Shown: positions 38,745-52,333 of the stretch, in pieces
How the letters are laid out: every line of letters starts with the position of its first letter
Numbering within the stretch: the first letter of the stretch is position 1
From: Lytechinus pictus
Lineage: Eukaryota
DNA length: 64,000 bases
Assembly: GCF_037042905.1 (NCBI RefSeq)
Contig: NC_087246.1
Location: 3,536,001-3,600,000 of the forward strand
Direction of reading: 5' to 3'
The notes under the pieces: model-generated
Seen by the model: only the letters and a program-made list of their open reading frames with translations
What the model was told of the DNA's origin: nothing
Database searches by the model: none
Made by a program: the position numbers and the translations under genes

Positions 38745-41700
38745 ACAACCTGTTTGTATAGAAGGGGTATTTGATTCCAAACTTATTATACTTAACGTGC
38801 CTCTAGGTTGACTTGACCAAATAACTCAACACCAAAATGCACATCCAATGTGATAAAAAAAACAATGTCTGGTCAATATATTAACAATGCATACATGTAT
38901 CTTACACTATATATATCCTGTCTCTTTTCCTTTTATTTATATTTGTTTTCTTGTTTTCTATCAATTGATAACATACTTCATGTATTCAAGTTGAGAGCTT
39001 GTTTTAGATGTGTAATCCTACACAATTAAATTCAAGTGTGCATATATTCTCATTAAGGTCATGGATAAAAAAATATTCAGGTTTGAAATTTTGCCAAGAG
39101 TGGAAGATAGAACGGTCAATATTTGCTTTTGATAAAATTCTTATATGTTATTCTGATTATTAGACTCGGTTTTTAATTTGAGAAATCTGCGCATCTCTTC
39201 TCATTCTTGATAATTCCAATTAGGCTGACCCACATAATTCATCACTTCTGACTCGTTTGAAATAAATATAAAATAAACACAAATTCCTCTCAAAAAAAGA
39301 ATTCCTACCATTCTTATATTCACATATTTGTATAGATGAATCATTGTAATTTTAGTTGAATGATTCTTTCGTGATTGTTTATTTTACTGGTCAACATTCT
39401 CAGTCGATCTCATAGACACCATTAAAAAGAGGTAGTGGCATTACACTCCTCAAACAATTACAGACTAAATTGGTTTTTAGGAAAAACCCTAAAACTCTAT
39501 ATTTGCATCCTTAATCCTAATATGGTGCTTTGTGTCTAATTATGTAAATACATTCTGATGTGGTTCACACTGCTACATAATTGTGTGAAGTGCTGTCACA
39601 GTATTACTCCTTGAAACAGACAAAGTGACTGGCATTGAGCTTTATTCAAGCATCATGTACACTGCATTCTTGGATGCTGACTCATAAAAGTTTGACAATA
39701 GACTGGAAGTTCAAAGGTCATTTGTTTTTTTTCAAGGACACCATCCCACGTTGAACACTGCATGGGAACAATCACCAATACATCATGAGGCAATTAAAGG
39801 TATACTGCAATAAGGAGATAATCAACAAAATTTCACATCAAGAAATAATTAAGTTACAGTATATGGGCCTATACGTGAATTAATATAAATGAAAAAAAAG
39901 GCACTAATCACCATTAGAAATACATATTTTTTTATTCTAGAGTAATACAGTTTCTTAATGTCTTAACTACACTCTTTCAATCTCAGGGGCATGTGTTCAA
40001 TTCCAAACTTACATTTTACAACCAATAATAGAATTAAACTTACATGTAAACTTTATGTAAAGTTCATGCCACTTGTGCTATTTTGGTAATTTCAGTTGGG
40101 TTACACAATAATTAGGCATCTGGGACGTAATTCATAGGACAATTATGAATCTGCTATTTGGAAAACCAAGAACAAAAGTATTAATTAATTATTAATCAAT
40201 TGTAAATATTGACTGTATCTCTATATGTTACCATCCAGAGTATCTCTAACTCTGGTTCTCAAAATTGCCTTGTAGGATATCAAAACTTGTGATATAATAA
40301 AATTTACGTGATTCCTATGGGTTCCAATCCACCATATTACCAACTCAATACAAATAATTGCAATAAAAGTGGACAAGTTAGTAATAATGAAAGATGGAGA
40401 AATAAAAACGATCCTCATGTCCAAATACTCCTGGTTTAACCCAGCCACCCATTCCTCTTGTTTCTATTTTTCTTTCCTGAGTTTATATAAATAAAAATGC
40501 ATTTTTAATTCTATCAGAGACATAGAAACACACAAATCACACACCAAAGATAAGTCAAATTTATAATGGTAAATATGTAATCCCATTAAAAATTGTATCA
40601 TTCTCATTCCATTAATTCACAAATCTCTTTATTTCATTATTGGTAGCATGTCCGATAGATTTCAGAACACCATCTTTACAGTATAGGTAAAGGAAAACTA
40701 TTCATCTGTCCAGTGCTTTTACACAGGAAATATGATGTCAAGACTTCAAGATATAATAAATTCAGTACAAGAAATTTGTCTATGATGCAAAATAAGGATC
40801 CAACCATTTTAATATTCTCTCACAAGATGTATTATATGCCACCAACCATATTACAGTCAATATAATTCAAAGCATTGGCGATAAAGACGTATTTACTTCA
40901 TACTTTGTATACAAAAACTGTATAGCTACTGTATATCATAAAACATGTAGGGCATAAAGATGGATAATGGCATTTACATAATAGCATCTGAATAACATGT
41001 ACAATATGTCAAGATATTTTTTTGTTTTTTTAAGTTAGATGTTGATTCTTCATATTACTGGTATATTGTATATTGACACAACTCATCAACATAATGTTCA
41101 GAGTGGAATGTACATGTAAGAATTGATTTGTACAAGTCACTGGGACTTCAGGGACTACATAATATTATCTTTTATACAATATCTGATTTATGGACACAAT
41201 ATGAGGGGTTTTTTTTAAGCTTGATATCTACAAACCCACCTAATGTACAAGTTAACATTTTGCACAAACATGCTGTTCTCCTCATTAAATAAAAAAAAAA
41301 AAATCATTCTTGTATATTATTTCTGAAATTGCATCATGAAAATTTCAAAAACTAAACCAATTATTTACATATATGTGAATTATATTAAAGAAACTGGTTA
41401 CTCCTTGTTTACAGTAGGAAATTGAAGAGTTCTTTCACTTTGATGCCTTTTCCCCCCAATACATATAATTGTATACAATGCCATGCCCCGCCAGATAAAT
41501 ATATTACATCTTTAATCAGAATAAGCCTATATATTTTTTTTTCTTGTGTATATTTTCAAAATTATCTGCAAAAGGTACATTACCTAATATCAGATACATT
41601 GACATTTTGTCCCAAATCACAATTTAGGTAAAAGGACAAGATAAATAAATCCAAAACAAAATAACATCTAAAACTCTTGCTAAATTAAAAGGCACTTTTA

Positions 41701-41904
41701 ACATGGTGTAAATCTTTCCTGCATTTTTATTTTTCAACATCTTAAATGCCTTGCAAATAAATAAATTAGTTTGTGCAATATAAATATATTGAATGGTAGC
41801 TAGATAGTAAGTATAAAACTATAATGTAGATACTGCACTTGTTATTAATGCCCTTTAATAGTCGGTGTGTAAACCCCCAAAAATGATTATTTTTAGACAA
41901 ACTT

Positions 41905-42290
41905 ATACGCCCAAATTAAAAATTGTGGTTTGTAAAACTCCGTTGAACCTTTAGTTTATGCAGATTTCCTGTATAAATTATGCTTAATTTACCGTGTATA
42001 TTACAAAATGTTCACCAAATTGATGCCGATTGCAATGGTTGAGCACACTAGTTTCTTCAGGAGTCCACTGTTTTGAATTAATGAGTCCATTGTTCAAAAC
42101 AGTGGACTCGTGAATAAAATAGTGTGCTCAACTATTGCAAAAAGTGTCAATTTGGCATACTGTGACAAAAGCATGCATGTATCGGCATTGGACATGGTTT
42201 GATATTCGCAGTAAATTAATCTATACAGGAAATCTGCATAAACGATGAGTTCAACCAATGGTTTTCAAAACCACCTTATTTGGGCCGTAC
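41905..42290. repeat. Degenerate palindromic MITE
   Basis: Inverted arms (gagtccactgttttgaa / ttcaaaacagtggactc; atgcagatttcctgtata / tatacaggaaatctgcat), centre ~42085. Confidence 0.65.
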
Positions 42291-42810
42291 ATTCTGATTA
42301 TGCAAAATCATGCTTCAAGCAACATGTCCCAAATGTCACTTTGTTAAATCATATGACTTTATTTCATTTATTCATATATTATCTATATATTTATTCATTC
42401 ATTTTAATTTCATATTCGGTTTGGGGAGGGGGATCTTGATAAAGTATGAATGATTTTTAGAGTTGCATTTGTTAGCAACTCTATTTGCAATGAGTCCTAC
42501 ATCACTTGACATCATGCTTGGCACAATCACACTAAAACTAATAATCAATCACAATTTGAACTTATAAGCTATTGAAACCCTTTCATTAAGATAGGCATAG
42601 TCATGTATTTTCACAAAAGACGTTGCAGAAGTTACAGACTAATATTGATTGCTGTCTTAAAAAGGTTTTCCTTAAAACGGGCCCATGCCTTTGTAAAGCA
42701 AGTGATATGTAATTCATTGAAATCTAAACTAATACCATTCTACCTTTTTTTTATAAATACTTAAAAACAATTGTACTGGACACATTGAGATCGAATCAAC
42801 AGCAACAAAT

Positions 42811-43628
42811 GAAGAGCTCACTTGCAAAAGGGGTTAGGTCCATTTTTCATCAAATTTGATTTTTTTGTCTCAATGTATAGATCTTTAGTAGCTCTATAAG
42901 ATGATACCAAAGAAAAGTTGAAATTCCTATTAGAAAGTGATCAAAAATGGCAAAGAAAAATCACTTTTTTTCAAAAGGGGTTAGGTCCATTTCAGTTTAG
43001 TTGCATAAGGGATTAGGTCCACACCAAATTTTTTTGGAAAAGAATATAAAAAAAAATATGAATAAAGGTAGATTTCTTTTATACCCAACTTTATGTTGTC
43101 ATGGTAGGGAATCTTAAAATTTAGTTTCACATAAGAATATGCAATATAGGAAATTAAAAAAAATTATTTTCTTGGAGTGGACCTAACCCCTTTTGCACAC
43201 AAACTCTTCTGAAGAGCTCATTTGTCAAAAGGGGTTGGGTTCATTGTTCATAAATTTTATTGTTTTCTGTCTCAAAACCTCGAAATTTTTAGTCGCTTTG
43301 ATGAAAACAAAGAAAATTTGAAATTTACGTGTAAACGTGAATAAAAGTGGCAAAGAAAAATCACTTTTTTAATCAAAATAGATTGGATTCATTTCAGTTT
43401 ACTTGCAAAAGGGGTTAGGTCCACAATGATAATTTTTTAAAGAATTTATAGAAAAAAATTGAAGACAGGTATATTTCTTTTATACCCAATTGTATGTTCA
43501 CATGATAGGGTAGTACATCATGACAATTTAGTTTCTCATAAGAATATTGCAGTAAGTCAGAATAAAAAACATGGTTTTTCTCAGAATGGTCCAAAGTGGA
43601 CCTAAGCCCTTTTGCAACTAAACTCTTC
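42811..43628. mobile_element. Head-to-tail dimer of a ~400-bp MITE (Sola-like, AAAT TSD)
   Basis: Two units gaagag...ctcttc (42811-43209, 43211-43628); outer aaat/aaat duplication; iterated aaggggttaggtcca. Confidence 0.75.
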
Positions 43629-43930
43629 AAATATGAAAAACTTTTAATTCTTTTAAAAAAACTTCACAATGGAACTTTTGATATTTGCTTCCTTTTATTA
43701 AGAGAGCAGTCTTGTATTTTTAAAATAAGTATTCAATTACTATTAGAGCTGCACAAGGTAAATCATTGACAGATTAATATGTTTACATTCACATGACATT
43801 TATTTCAGTTGATCAGACACAAAGGGCGTAAATTGTGGTTATGTATCTAAGAAATTCATTAGCAAATAGCAATTGTGGGTGAAAATCACTATTTGTGTTT
43901 TGAAACACTCCTCTACTGAAATCCTTAGAT

Positions 43931-44206
43931 CAGGGGCCCATCTTACAAAGACTTGCGATTGATCCGATCAATCACAACTATGGAAAGCCCGCAAAGTCAA
44001 CATATAAACTGCATGTTTGCTCAGAAATTTTTCTACATATGAATGTATATCCATAAATTCATTGATTTCTTTGTCAGTTTGGTGTGTTCTCCTTTGTTTA
44101 CAAAGAACATTTTGCACATTTCCTGTAGAAATAATTATGACAGATGGATTTCCATAGAGTTACGATTGATTGGATAAATCATAACACTTTGTAAGACGGG
44201 GCCCTG
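43931..44206. mobile_element. Short MITE
   Basis: TIRs caggggcccatcttacaaag / ctttgtaagacggggccctg. Confidence 0.7.
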
Positions 44207-45071
44207 ATTGCCTCAGAACAAATTAGTTAGTGAAAATCACTTACTATTGCTTCATTAAACATTCCTTAGAAAATGAACACCTGCATTCAACAATATCACA
44301 CACACAACTGACCAATTACAGCACACATACATGGAGGCAATCTGCAACACATAAAGGCATTTCCTCTCTACCTCAATGTCCATTCTGCGTCATTTCCTGT
44401 ACATCACAGCACCATTTGGTTTCTAGCCTCATATCCTACATCTTGTCTATTTCAACAAACATATTTATACCTTCCATCTATTTTACAAGAAGTTGTCTTA
44501 TAACCAAGGTTTCAAAACATGACTGGCATTCCAATATCCTTTGATAAGGCATTAATCCTTCAAACCAAGACCCTCTTCAAGATCTTTGAGAAGTTGACCA
44601 TTTGGTTAAATACTTAATAGGCATACACATTCTTGATATTCACACAATGTCAACCAACGAATCAACCATCAAATGATGAATGTTCTCCTTGAAAGGAACC
44701 AAACTAATCAGAACATTAATTGGGAAGAGGGCCCCCATCTAAAAAAAAAAGTTTCAATTGATCTGATCAATCTAAATCATAGAAAGCCAGTTATCCCAAC
44801 TCTTCGCAATCATATTGTATTCTGAATACATACATCATTGTCTTTAATAATGAAACAGTAAGAAATTTGCAACTGATTGCTGGCTTGCTACTTATAACAG
44901 TAGAAATATATAAATTGATTTGCTTTAGTCAAAATTAATCTTTCAATCACATACCTATGGTAAAGCAATTGAATCACCCCCCCCCCCACATTTTCCATGA
45001 CCATTCTGCCAGACAAAATTATTGGCTACATCGATCACTGACTTTTTACTTTCAAGTCTTGCACATCTTTT

Positions 45072-45627
45072 GGAACGTTGCGGCCCAGTGGATTAGTCTC
45101 TGGACTTTGAAACAGGCTCGTGGATTAGGATCCCAGCTATAGCGTCATTTCCCTCGGCAAGAAATGATCCACAATGTCATGCACTCATCCCAAGTGAGGT
45201 AAATGGTTACCGTCAGGAAGTAATTCCTCAAATAGCTTTAAATTCTATGTTTTATGTCCGTTTTCATTACTTTATATTTTGTTTTATGTAGTTCTTTTCT
45301 GCTTGTTTAAGATGTTTAAAATACAGTTTGTGTTATCATTTATTGTGTTCTGGACCCCTAGTCAGAACAGAGTGATAATAATTATCACTCTGAGTGGGCA
45401 ATCCAGGCATTCATATGTATCCATTTTGTATTTTATTTTGTAATTATACCTAACGTAACATTTGTTTGTAGTTTACATGTTTTTATGAATGGAAATAAAT
45501 ACAATACAATACAAAAAAAAGCTCTGAGCACCGGAATCGGTAGACTAGCTTAGCCAGGTTAATATAGAAGTGCCTTGAAAATCTAACATGTGCGCTATAC
45601 AAATACCATATATTATTATTATTATTA
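45072..45627 (+). mobile_element. tRNA-SINE (family of 38466-38744) split by a LINE-like 3' tail at ~45238-45520
   Basis: SINE head ggaacgttgcggcccagtggattagtc; insert ends aataaa(taca)n-polyA; SINE resumes at 45521 and ends in (att)n. Confidence 0.7.
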
Positions 45628-47969
45628 AACCAAATTTAAAATGCCTGGGTATGCAATTTCTGACATTACACAATATTTTGTAGATGCATATTAGACCCAA
45701 ATTTGCCCAAATTTGCCCCAAACATGGTTTTGTGTACAAAGCAAATGAAAATGAACTTTTCTCATCTTATTCAAAAAGATATTTTCACTCATTTTCATTT
45801 CATCATCATTTTAAATCAAATTAATTAATTTTAACTTAGTTATGCTTCAATGTATTGCAATCAATTTGGCAGGAAGAAAAACCCAAAACAAAAAAGTATT
45901 CATAAAACCTATAAAAAAAAATGGAATATTGATTTTCAAACCTAAGTTTATTCTATCATAATTGTTAGGAATGCTATATAACACATTTTTACCCATGTAA
46001 ATAGCATTCTAGCTTCATTTAGTGGCTTAAAGCCCAAAAAAGCATGATTAATGCATAAATTAGCACAATTAATTCATATAAAATGTATTATCATTTTTTA
46101 AATTAACAATGGTCTTGTACACACCATCGTGTTCTACCATTGTGCAAAGTTTTGCAGTACTTGCAAGATCAGCGGCCGGAAGCTCAAGGGGGGTTAATTC
46201 AACAAATCAATTACAGTTGTACATGTAAAGATGTCTTGTGTTTCAGGAACTAATTTGGTTTCTATCTGCAATTTAATCTGAGAATTGATAAAGTGTTAAT
46301 ATAAGGTCTATGGAGAGAATCAAAGTTCAAGTACAGGCAATAGGAATATTCAAGGTGATTGATTGGTGATCAACTGGTAAATGCATCAGTGTAGAAAGAA
46401 AAAATTAGGTTACAATGCAAAAATAATATCCAGCGGAGAGTATAGATAAGTGTTACTGAAACACAGTTGGGCAAGTCACAAGATACTCTAATGATTTTCT
46501 TTTTTTTTTTACCCGACAGCTGCTAAAGGATGAATGCGAGTAAGCTATCAGGAGACAGATGTTATCTGGTAGGGCGTCAATGCTTTTCACCAAAATAGTC
46601 CCGAGTATTTTTATTCTTGCCATTCTGGGGGGGGGGGCATTATGATGCTATTTTTTGTGTAAATATTATTTATAGCATTCCTAACAATGGTAAATAAAAA
46701 CAACTCTGATACCATAATCAATTTCTAAGTAAAAATAATCACTCATAAATTCTAGCTGAAGACATATTTTGTACAGACTTTGTACATAAAATCAGGGTTT
46801 TTGAGCAATTTTGGGTCTGACAAGCACTTTTATAATGTTGCATAAGATTGTATCCGCATATTTGGGTGTTGCAAATTTGGTCTCAAAAAGTTTTGTGAGA
46901 CTTTTGTGAAAGTAAAATGACAGTGAGCGACACAGATTTTTTTGTGCAGCAGATTTATCATGAAAAATTTTGAAGAGTAGAGTATTAGGGTTAAATCGAC
47001 CGGAACATTCAGACATTAACTTTGTATCAGAAGTTGCCAAATTGCAAGATCACTGCTCAACCAGCTGAGCAAACAAAGCTCTTCTAATTCAAATAGTTTA
47101 CATGAAAAAAGCACAAGAACATAAACTGATACAAATAAAATACAGTTTTGCATGTAAACACAGGAAGATGATTTGTGGAATGACAAATTCACTATTAATG
47201 GAAAATGTTTTCCATTAATAGACTTCCAACTGTGCATTTTAGACTGATTATTGCCAAAGTCATTTATTGGATTCAGTGAGATCAACTCTCTTAAAAACTG
47301 ATGTTGCAACCAGTGTACGTTGTCAGCATTTGTCTGAAAAATAATCATTAAAACTACAGTGATTTGATGGGTTGATGAAATGGTCTTTGCTCTTTTTTTT
47401 CATTATTTATTTACTATTTTATTCATTTTTACTGTATTTTTTTATTTATTTATGCTCCTGAAGTATGAGCAATCTATTCATGAGAAAAAAAAAACCTTAA
47501 AACTTTCCTACTAATGTCAAAAAGAGAAGTTAAAAACTGAACATGTAATGTATCAAAAGATCAACAACCATTTGCTATATTCATTGATGATAAGCAATGT
47601 TGCATGGCAAGGCTTTTCAAATACATGGTTATACACGAGGGGAAAACCACTAAGTACATGTAATTACAGATCATAGAATGGGTATCAAAATCCGGATGTG
47701 AAGTCATGTTCACAGTATTACAATCTGCCAAGAATTGCTATCAAGTTTTATCAGGCTAGGAGCAATCTAGCAGAAAGGGGTAAACTGCTACATGTAGCTG
47801 TGTAGTGATGCTTCTAAAGCAGTCTGTTTGTCATGACGACTCTCAAACAGGTGACTTGCAGATTATCAGATGCAGCATCTACATCAATTACTGTTTCATG
47901 TTTCATCACTGATGTTTTGTAGCTGTCCAAATCCAATGAGAGTGGAAGTCACACTCCAGCCAATCTACA

Positions 47970-48151
47970 TCAATTGCACTCTGGAGAGCTGCTGTTTGCA
48001 GATGGGAACACCAGGATGTGATCCATAGTGTGCTGAGGCGAAAGGCGAGCCTCAAAGGAGTGCGGGATACTGTCGGCAGATCCCGCACTGGAGCTCAGAA
48101 CACCATTGCTCTCGGTAACAAACTCAGGAGGATTTAGACGCTGATGGTGAC
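47970..48151 (-). CDS. BCAS3: BCAS3 probable terminal coding exon
   Basis: ttgccag|GT CAC CAT..., phase 1; HHQRLNPPEFVTESNGVLSSSAGSADSIPHSFEARLSPQHTMDHILVFPSANSSSPECN*, weakly like the BCAS3 tail LSNSSGSTSGSIPRNF. Confidence 0.75.
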
Positions 48152-48709
48152 CTGGCAAGAGAGATGCGAGATAAGCAGTGGAGATATTGGTGAGAGGGGT
48201 TGGAGGCTGGATTCAGAATGGAGCTGAAGTGCCTGTGGAACAAGTGGTGGGTGTAGTCACACAGAGGTCACATGATGGTCAAGGGGTTACAAAGATGTAC
48301 GTGGGGGTGTTCATATGCATGCAATGTAATACAATATTGAGGAGTGAGATGCATGGGGGTGTGTTCACATGAGGGTTACATTACGTATATATCATGACAG
48401 GAATTGACGCGTTACATCATATTTCAGATCGTACAAGGGAGAAGACAGTTAAAGTGGTTGTAGTGATACAGAGGATGAATTTAGGGATGCAGTGTACAAA
48501 GTGTATTTAGGGAGGAAGGACATGCAAGGACAAAATTTGCACAATAGAAGAGGAATACAGAGTAGAAACAAAGTGAAGAATTATGATCATAAGGGAATTC
48601 CCCAAAGTAAAGTATAGAGAAATGGGTGTCACTTGAATTATGGTATGAAAGGAGGAGGAAGCATTAGGGTTAAAATTGGATTGACATAAAGAGGATGAAG
48701 TAATACATG

Positions 48710-48900
48710 AATGCTTCAATAAATGATTGATGGATGGATGATTGGATGGATGAATGAATGACAGTATAAAGGAAAGGAAGGAAGGAAGGAAGGAAGGGAT
48801 GAATGAATAAACAAATGAACAAATGTATGTATGAATGAATGAAAGAATGAATGAACACATTAATGAATGAGTTAGTAAATGAATGATCGAATGAAAACAA
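48710..48900. repeat. Compound (GAAT/GGAT/GGAA)n microsatellite
   Basis: Tetranucleotide runs visible directly. Confidence 0.85.
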
Positions 48901-50350
48901 GATTAGTGTGTATACATAGATAGCAATTACACAAACAGAATTGGCCAGTCAGGAAACAGGCACGCACATTGTCAAAAAAAATTTGAAGCCAGACACAAAT
49001 TCACATGGCAGAATCACATTTGAACAAAAATTATCATGCTAACAGTATGTGCAGGAAATTAGAGAAAAGAAATATCATAAGGAATTAACAACAGAACATG
49101 AAAAGTGAAACAAAATTAAACAAAGCCACATTGGAAAGTTCAATTATCACAAGAAAAGAAAAGGAGAGAAAGGAGAAAAAAGAAAGGACAAAAAATTAGT
49201 ATGGTATTACAATCACGATACGAGTCATTTTATAAGATTTTTGAAATGTGATAGGAAGAAGGTTAAAACAAACAATTTTATCTTTTGATTTCAAGTACAT
49301 GTATGTAAGTTCAACTTGGATATTGCAGGATTTTTTATTTGTATTAATTCATCTCCTAAAGCAGTAACATGAAATCCACTGTGGTTGATTTCACATCAAA
49401 TTTGAGGTTTACTTATTGCTAGTTTAAACCAGCTTTTCGTTTGTTTTTAGGTTGTTCTTCTAGTATAATGAGTGGTCTTTCACTCTCCTAAAGGGGTCCT
49501 TTCTCTTACAGACAAGAAGACAAGACAGCCTCACATCCCCATTACGACTCATTATACTTCCTATATTATTCATGAATGATGGTCCTCAAATAAGGGGAGT
49601 AAAAAGTACAGAGGAAACCAAATGGGGTTTTAAATTAAAGAAACTTTCCCAATAGTCCCTTTCCAATGAGCTTATCAATCTATATAAAACAGGAGATGAG
49701 GGTGAATAGACATCAACAGTGGAATACATGTAAGTTAGGCTGGACAACTGTTAGATATGGGTTAGCATATGTGTATAATACAAGCAAACTTTACATAGAA
49801 TGGTATATAAGTTACATTCATTAATTGTATGTATACCTTTAGAAGGGGAAATTGAATAGACAAATGTACATGTAAAACTTTCTATACTGGAGAATGAATG
49901 AATAGTAGTAATAATTTCCAAGGTGGAACCACAATCAAATCCTCAATCTCACAATGTATCTTTCTTTTTTTTTTCTTCTTCTTTTTTTAAAGAGAATCAT
50001 TCTATTCTAAAAAATCAAACTATTTTGAAAGGAGTTGTTGAAAGTCATACTTTATAATTTCTATTTGCAGATAATTCCAGATTATTGAAATTTAAACAAG
50101 ACTTTGTGGATACCACAATAAAATACCAATGTTTTCAATGCATGAGCTATCATAAAAGTTTAGCAGCAATGGCATTTTTTCAATTCACTTCCTGCAATAT
50201 GAAAAACTCTTCTGTACAAAAGTACTTTAGATTGCATGTGAAATCATGCCAACATGATATACAAAGTTGGTATAGATAAAAATGTGATACATAGCACATC
50301 CATAATATCATAGCTCACACATCCACTTCCTTGATAACCACACATCTATG

Positions 50351-51321
50351 GGGCATTTTCACGGTAACTGACATTACACGGCACAATGTTTTCACACCTT
50401 TCATTGTGTGTATCTCTAAAACAACAAATGATGGGAGTTTGCTTTTGATAGAGTTAATAAAGTGAACCTTGCTGTATACTCTGATACTAAGTTTTCCTAT
50501 GTAACCACATTTTTTTACGCCTCAGCAAGCAAAAATGTGTCGGTAACTGACATTACGCAAAAGGACATGCAATTTCAGGGTGTTCATTAAAATTGAAATA
50601 TCTTATGTCCCTGAGTAGATAGAGTAATAATTTGAATATGTAAATATACCTCCGTTACTAGGTTAAGATGTGTCAAAATATTAAACAATTCGTTTTTGTC
50701 TTTTGGGGACTATGATAATTTTTCCACAACCATGCTGGTAACTGACATTACATCTCGGTAACTGACATTACATTTTCCACTTGGTAACTGACATTACATA
50801 TATTTAATGGTACCCTATGGCTTCATTGTTGATTGGTAATCTTTAATTTTGGTGTAGAAGGGAGGGGTGTTACCTAGAGAGGAAATCTACCAAGTTTCAT
50901 ATAATATATCCTCTTTTCCAGGAAATGAGAAAAAAAAGTTCATGTTTTCGGTAACTGACATTACATACCATATCACATACTTCATCAATGTTTTTTTATC
51001 AGATGAATGAATTACTGGTGTTTCTTTCTGAGGGATTTTAAAAAGTGTTATAATAGCAAGCTAAATCACAGGCGAAAACATCATGATCAAACCTGTTCTT
51101 TAAAAATCTGTCAAAACAAAATATGTATCAATATACTATTTTCAACACTAATTTGTATCCATACTTTGGCAGCCATTTTGAAATAAAAAATGGCTGCCAG
51201 AGTCGGAAAAAAATTTTGTCTCAGAAACTTCAGGTCTTGTTTTATTAAAAAACATAAAGCATTTGACATGAATATCAACTTGATTTTTTTGCCTCTGTGT
51301 CCATCTGTGGTGAAAATGCCC
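50351..51321. mobile_element. MITE with 4-bp TSD (Sola2-like)
   Basis: TIRs gggcattttcac / gtgaaaatgccc; TSD tatg on both sides; six internal ggtaactgacattac motifs. Confidence 0.75.
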
Positions 51322-52333
51322 TATGGGGGAAATTCACACCATAAAGACCTAAAGACCAGTAAACAGATGAGCTATTCAAATCAATCAACCACACATCAAC
51401 ATGCACTACAATTGAAAATTAGGGAGTTTTTTATAAACACACAGAGGTAAACAGACTTCTTCACATACAACTGTATTCTGATGAATTTACATCTGGTGGG
51501 TGTTTCATAAAGCTATTAATAATTTACCAATGACATAGTAAATGACAGGTGATCCCTTCTTCAAAGCCAAGTCAACACCAACGAAAATGTGTGGGTATTT
51601 CATGTACTTCAAAAAAGGGTCACCAGTCGTCGTTGTGCATAAGGACATTTGTAACCCACGAAAAAGCATTATATAATAGCCTCTTGGTTTGTAAAGACAA
51701 CAGTGTCAGTATTAGTCATCCATTTAATATAGTTGCACCATACTGCATAACAACCAGTACAGTGCCATCCAATGTGTGCAGCTCAGGGGTGGATCCAAGC
51801 AAAGGGTGGGGGTGGTGGGGGGAAGGGTCTTGCACAACATCCCCTCCCCCCTCCTTTGACCCTACATCAATGATAGTGACTTGTGATTTTTTTTTTTGGG
51901 GGGGAGCTTAGTTGAATTTATTTTTACACAACTTGCCAACCACTGCTCCCACACCCAGGGGGCAACTTCCATGCTCAACTTGCATGCAAGACAACAGGCA
52001 ATAAAATTATAAAATAAACAGGGGGCCGTTTCATACAGCTGTCCGTTAGTTAAGAACGACTGGTGATCTTTTATTGTGGTAAAAGATATTCACCATTAAA
52101 TGTTCACTGTTGATTATTTTGTGCATAAGAAAGGTTCACCAGTCATTATTAATTTACGAACAGCTTTATGAAACACCCACCTCGTGTATGAAAGCAGTCT
52201 TCTTTTCATTAAAAAAAAAATCATTGAGTATCATTGAGTTAAACAACTGCCAAGTTTGGCTAAACTCTGTCCTCTACTTGTGTAATGTTTTCCAAAGCTC
52301 TCTCATGTTAACTTGAGAGAAAGTATTACTCAC

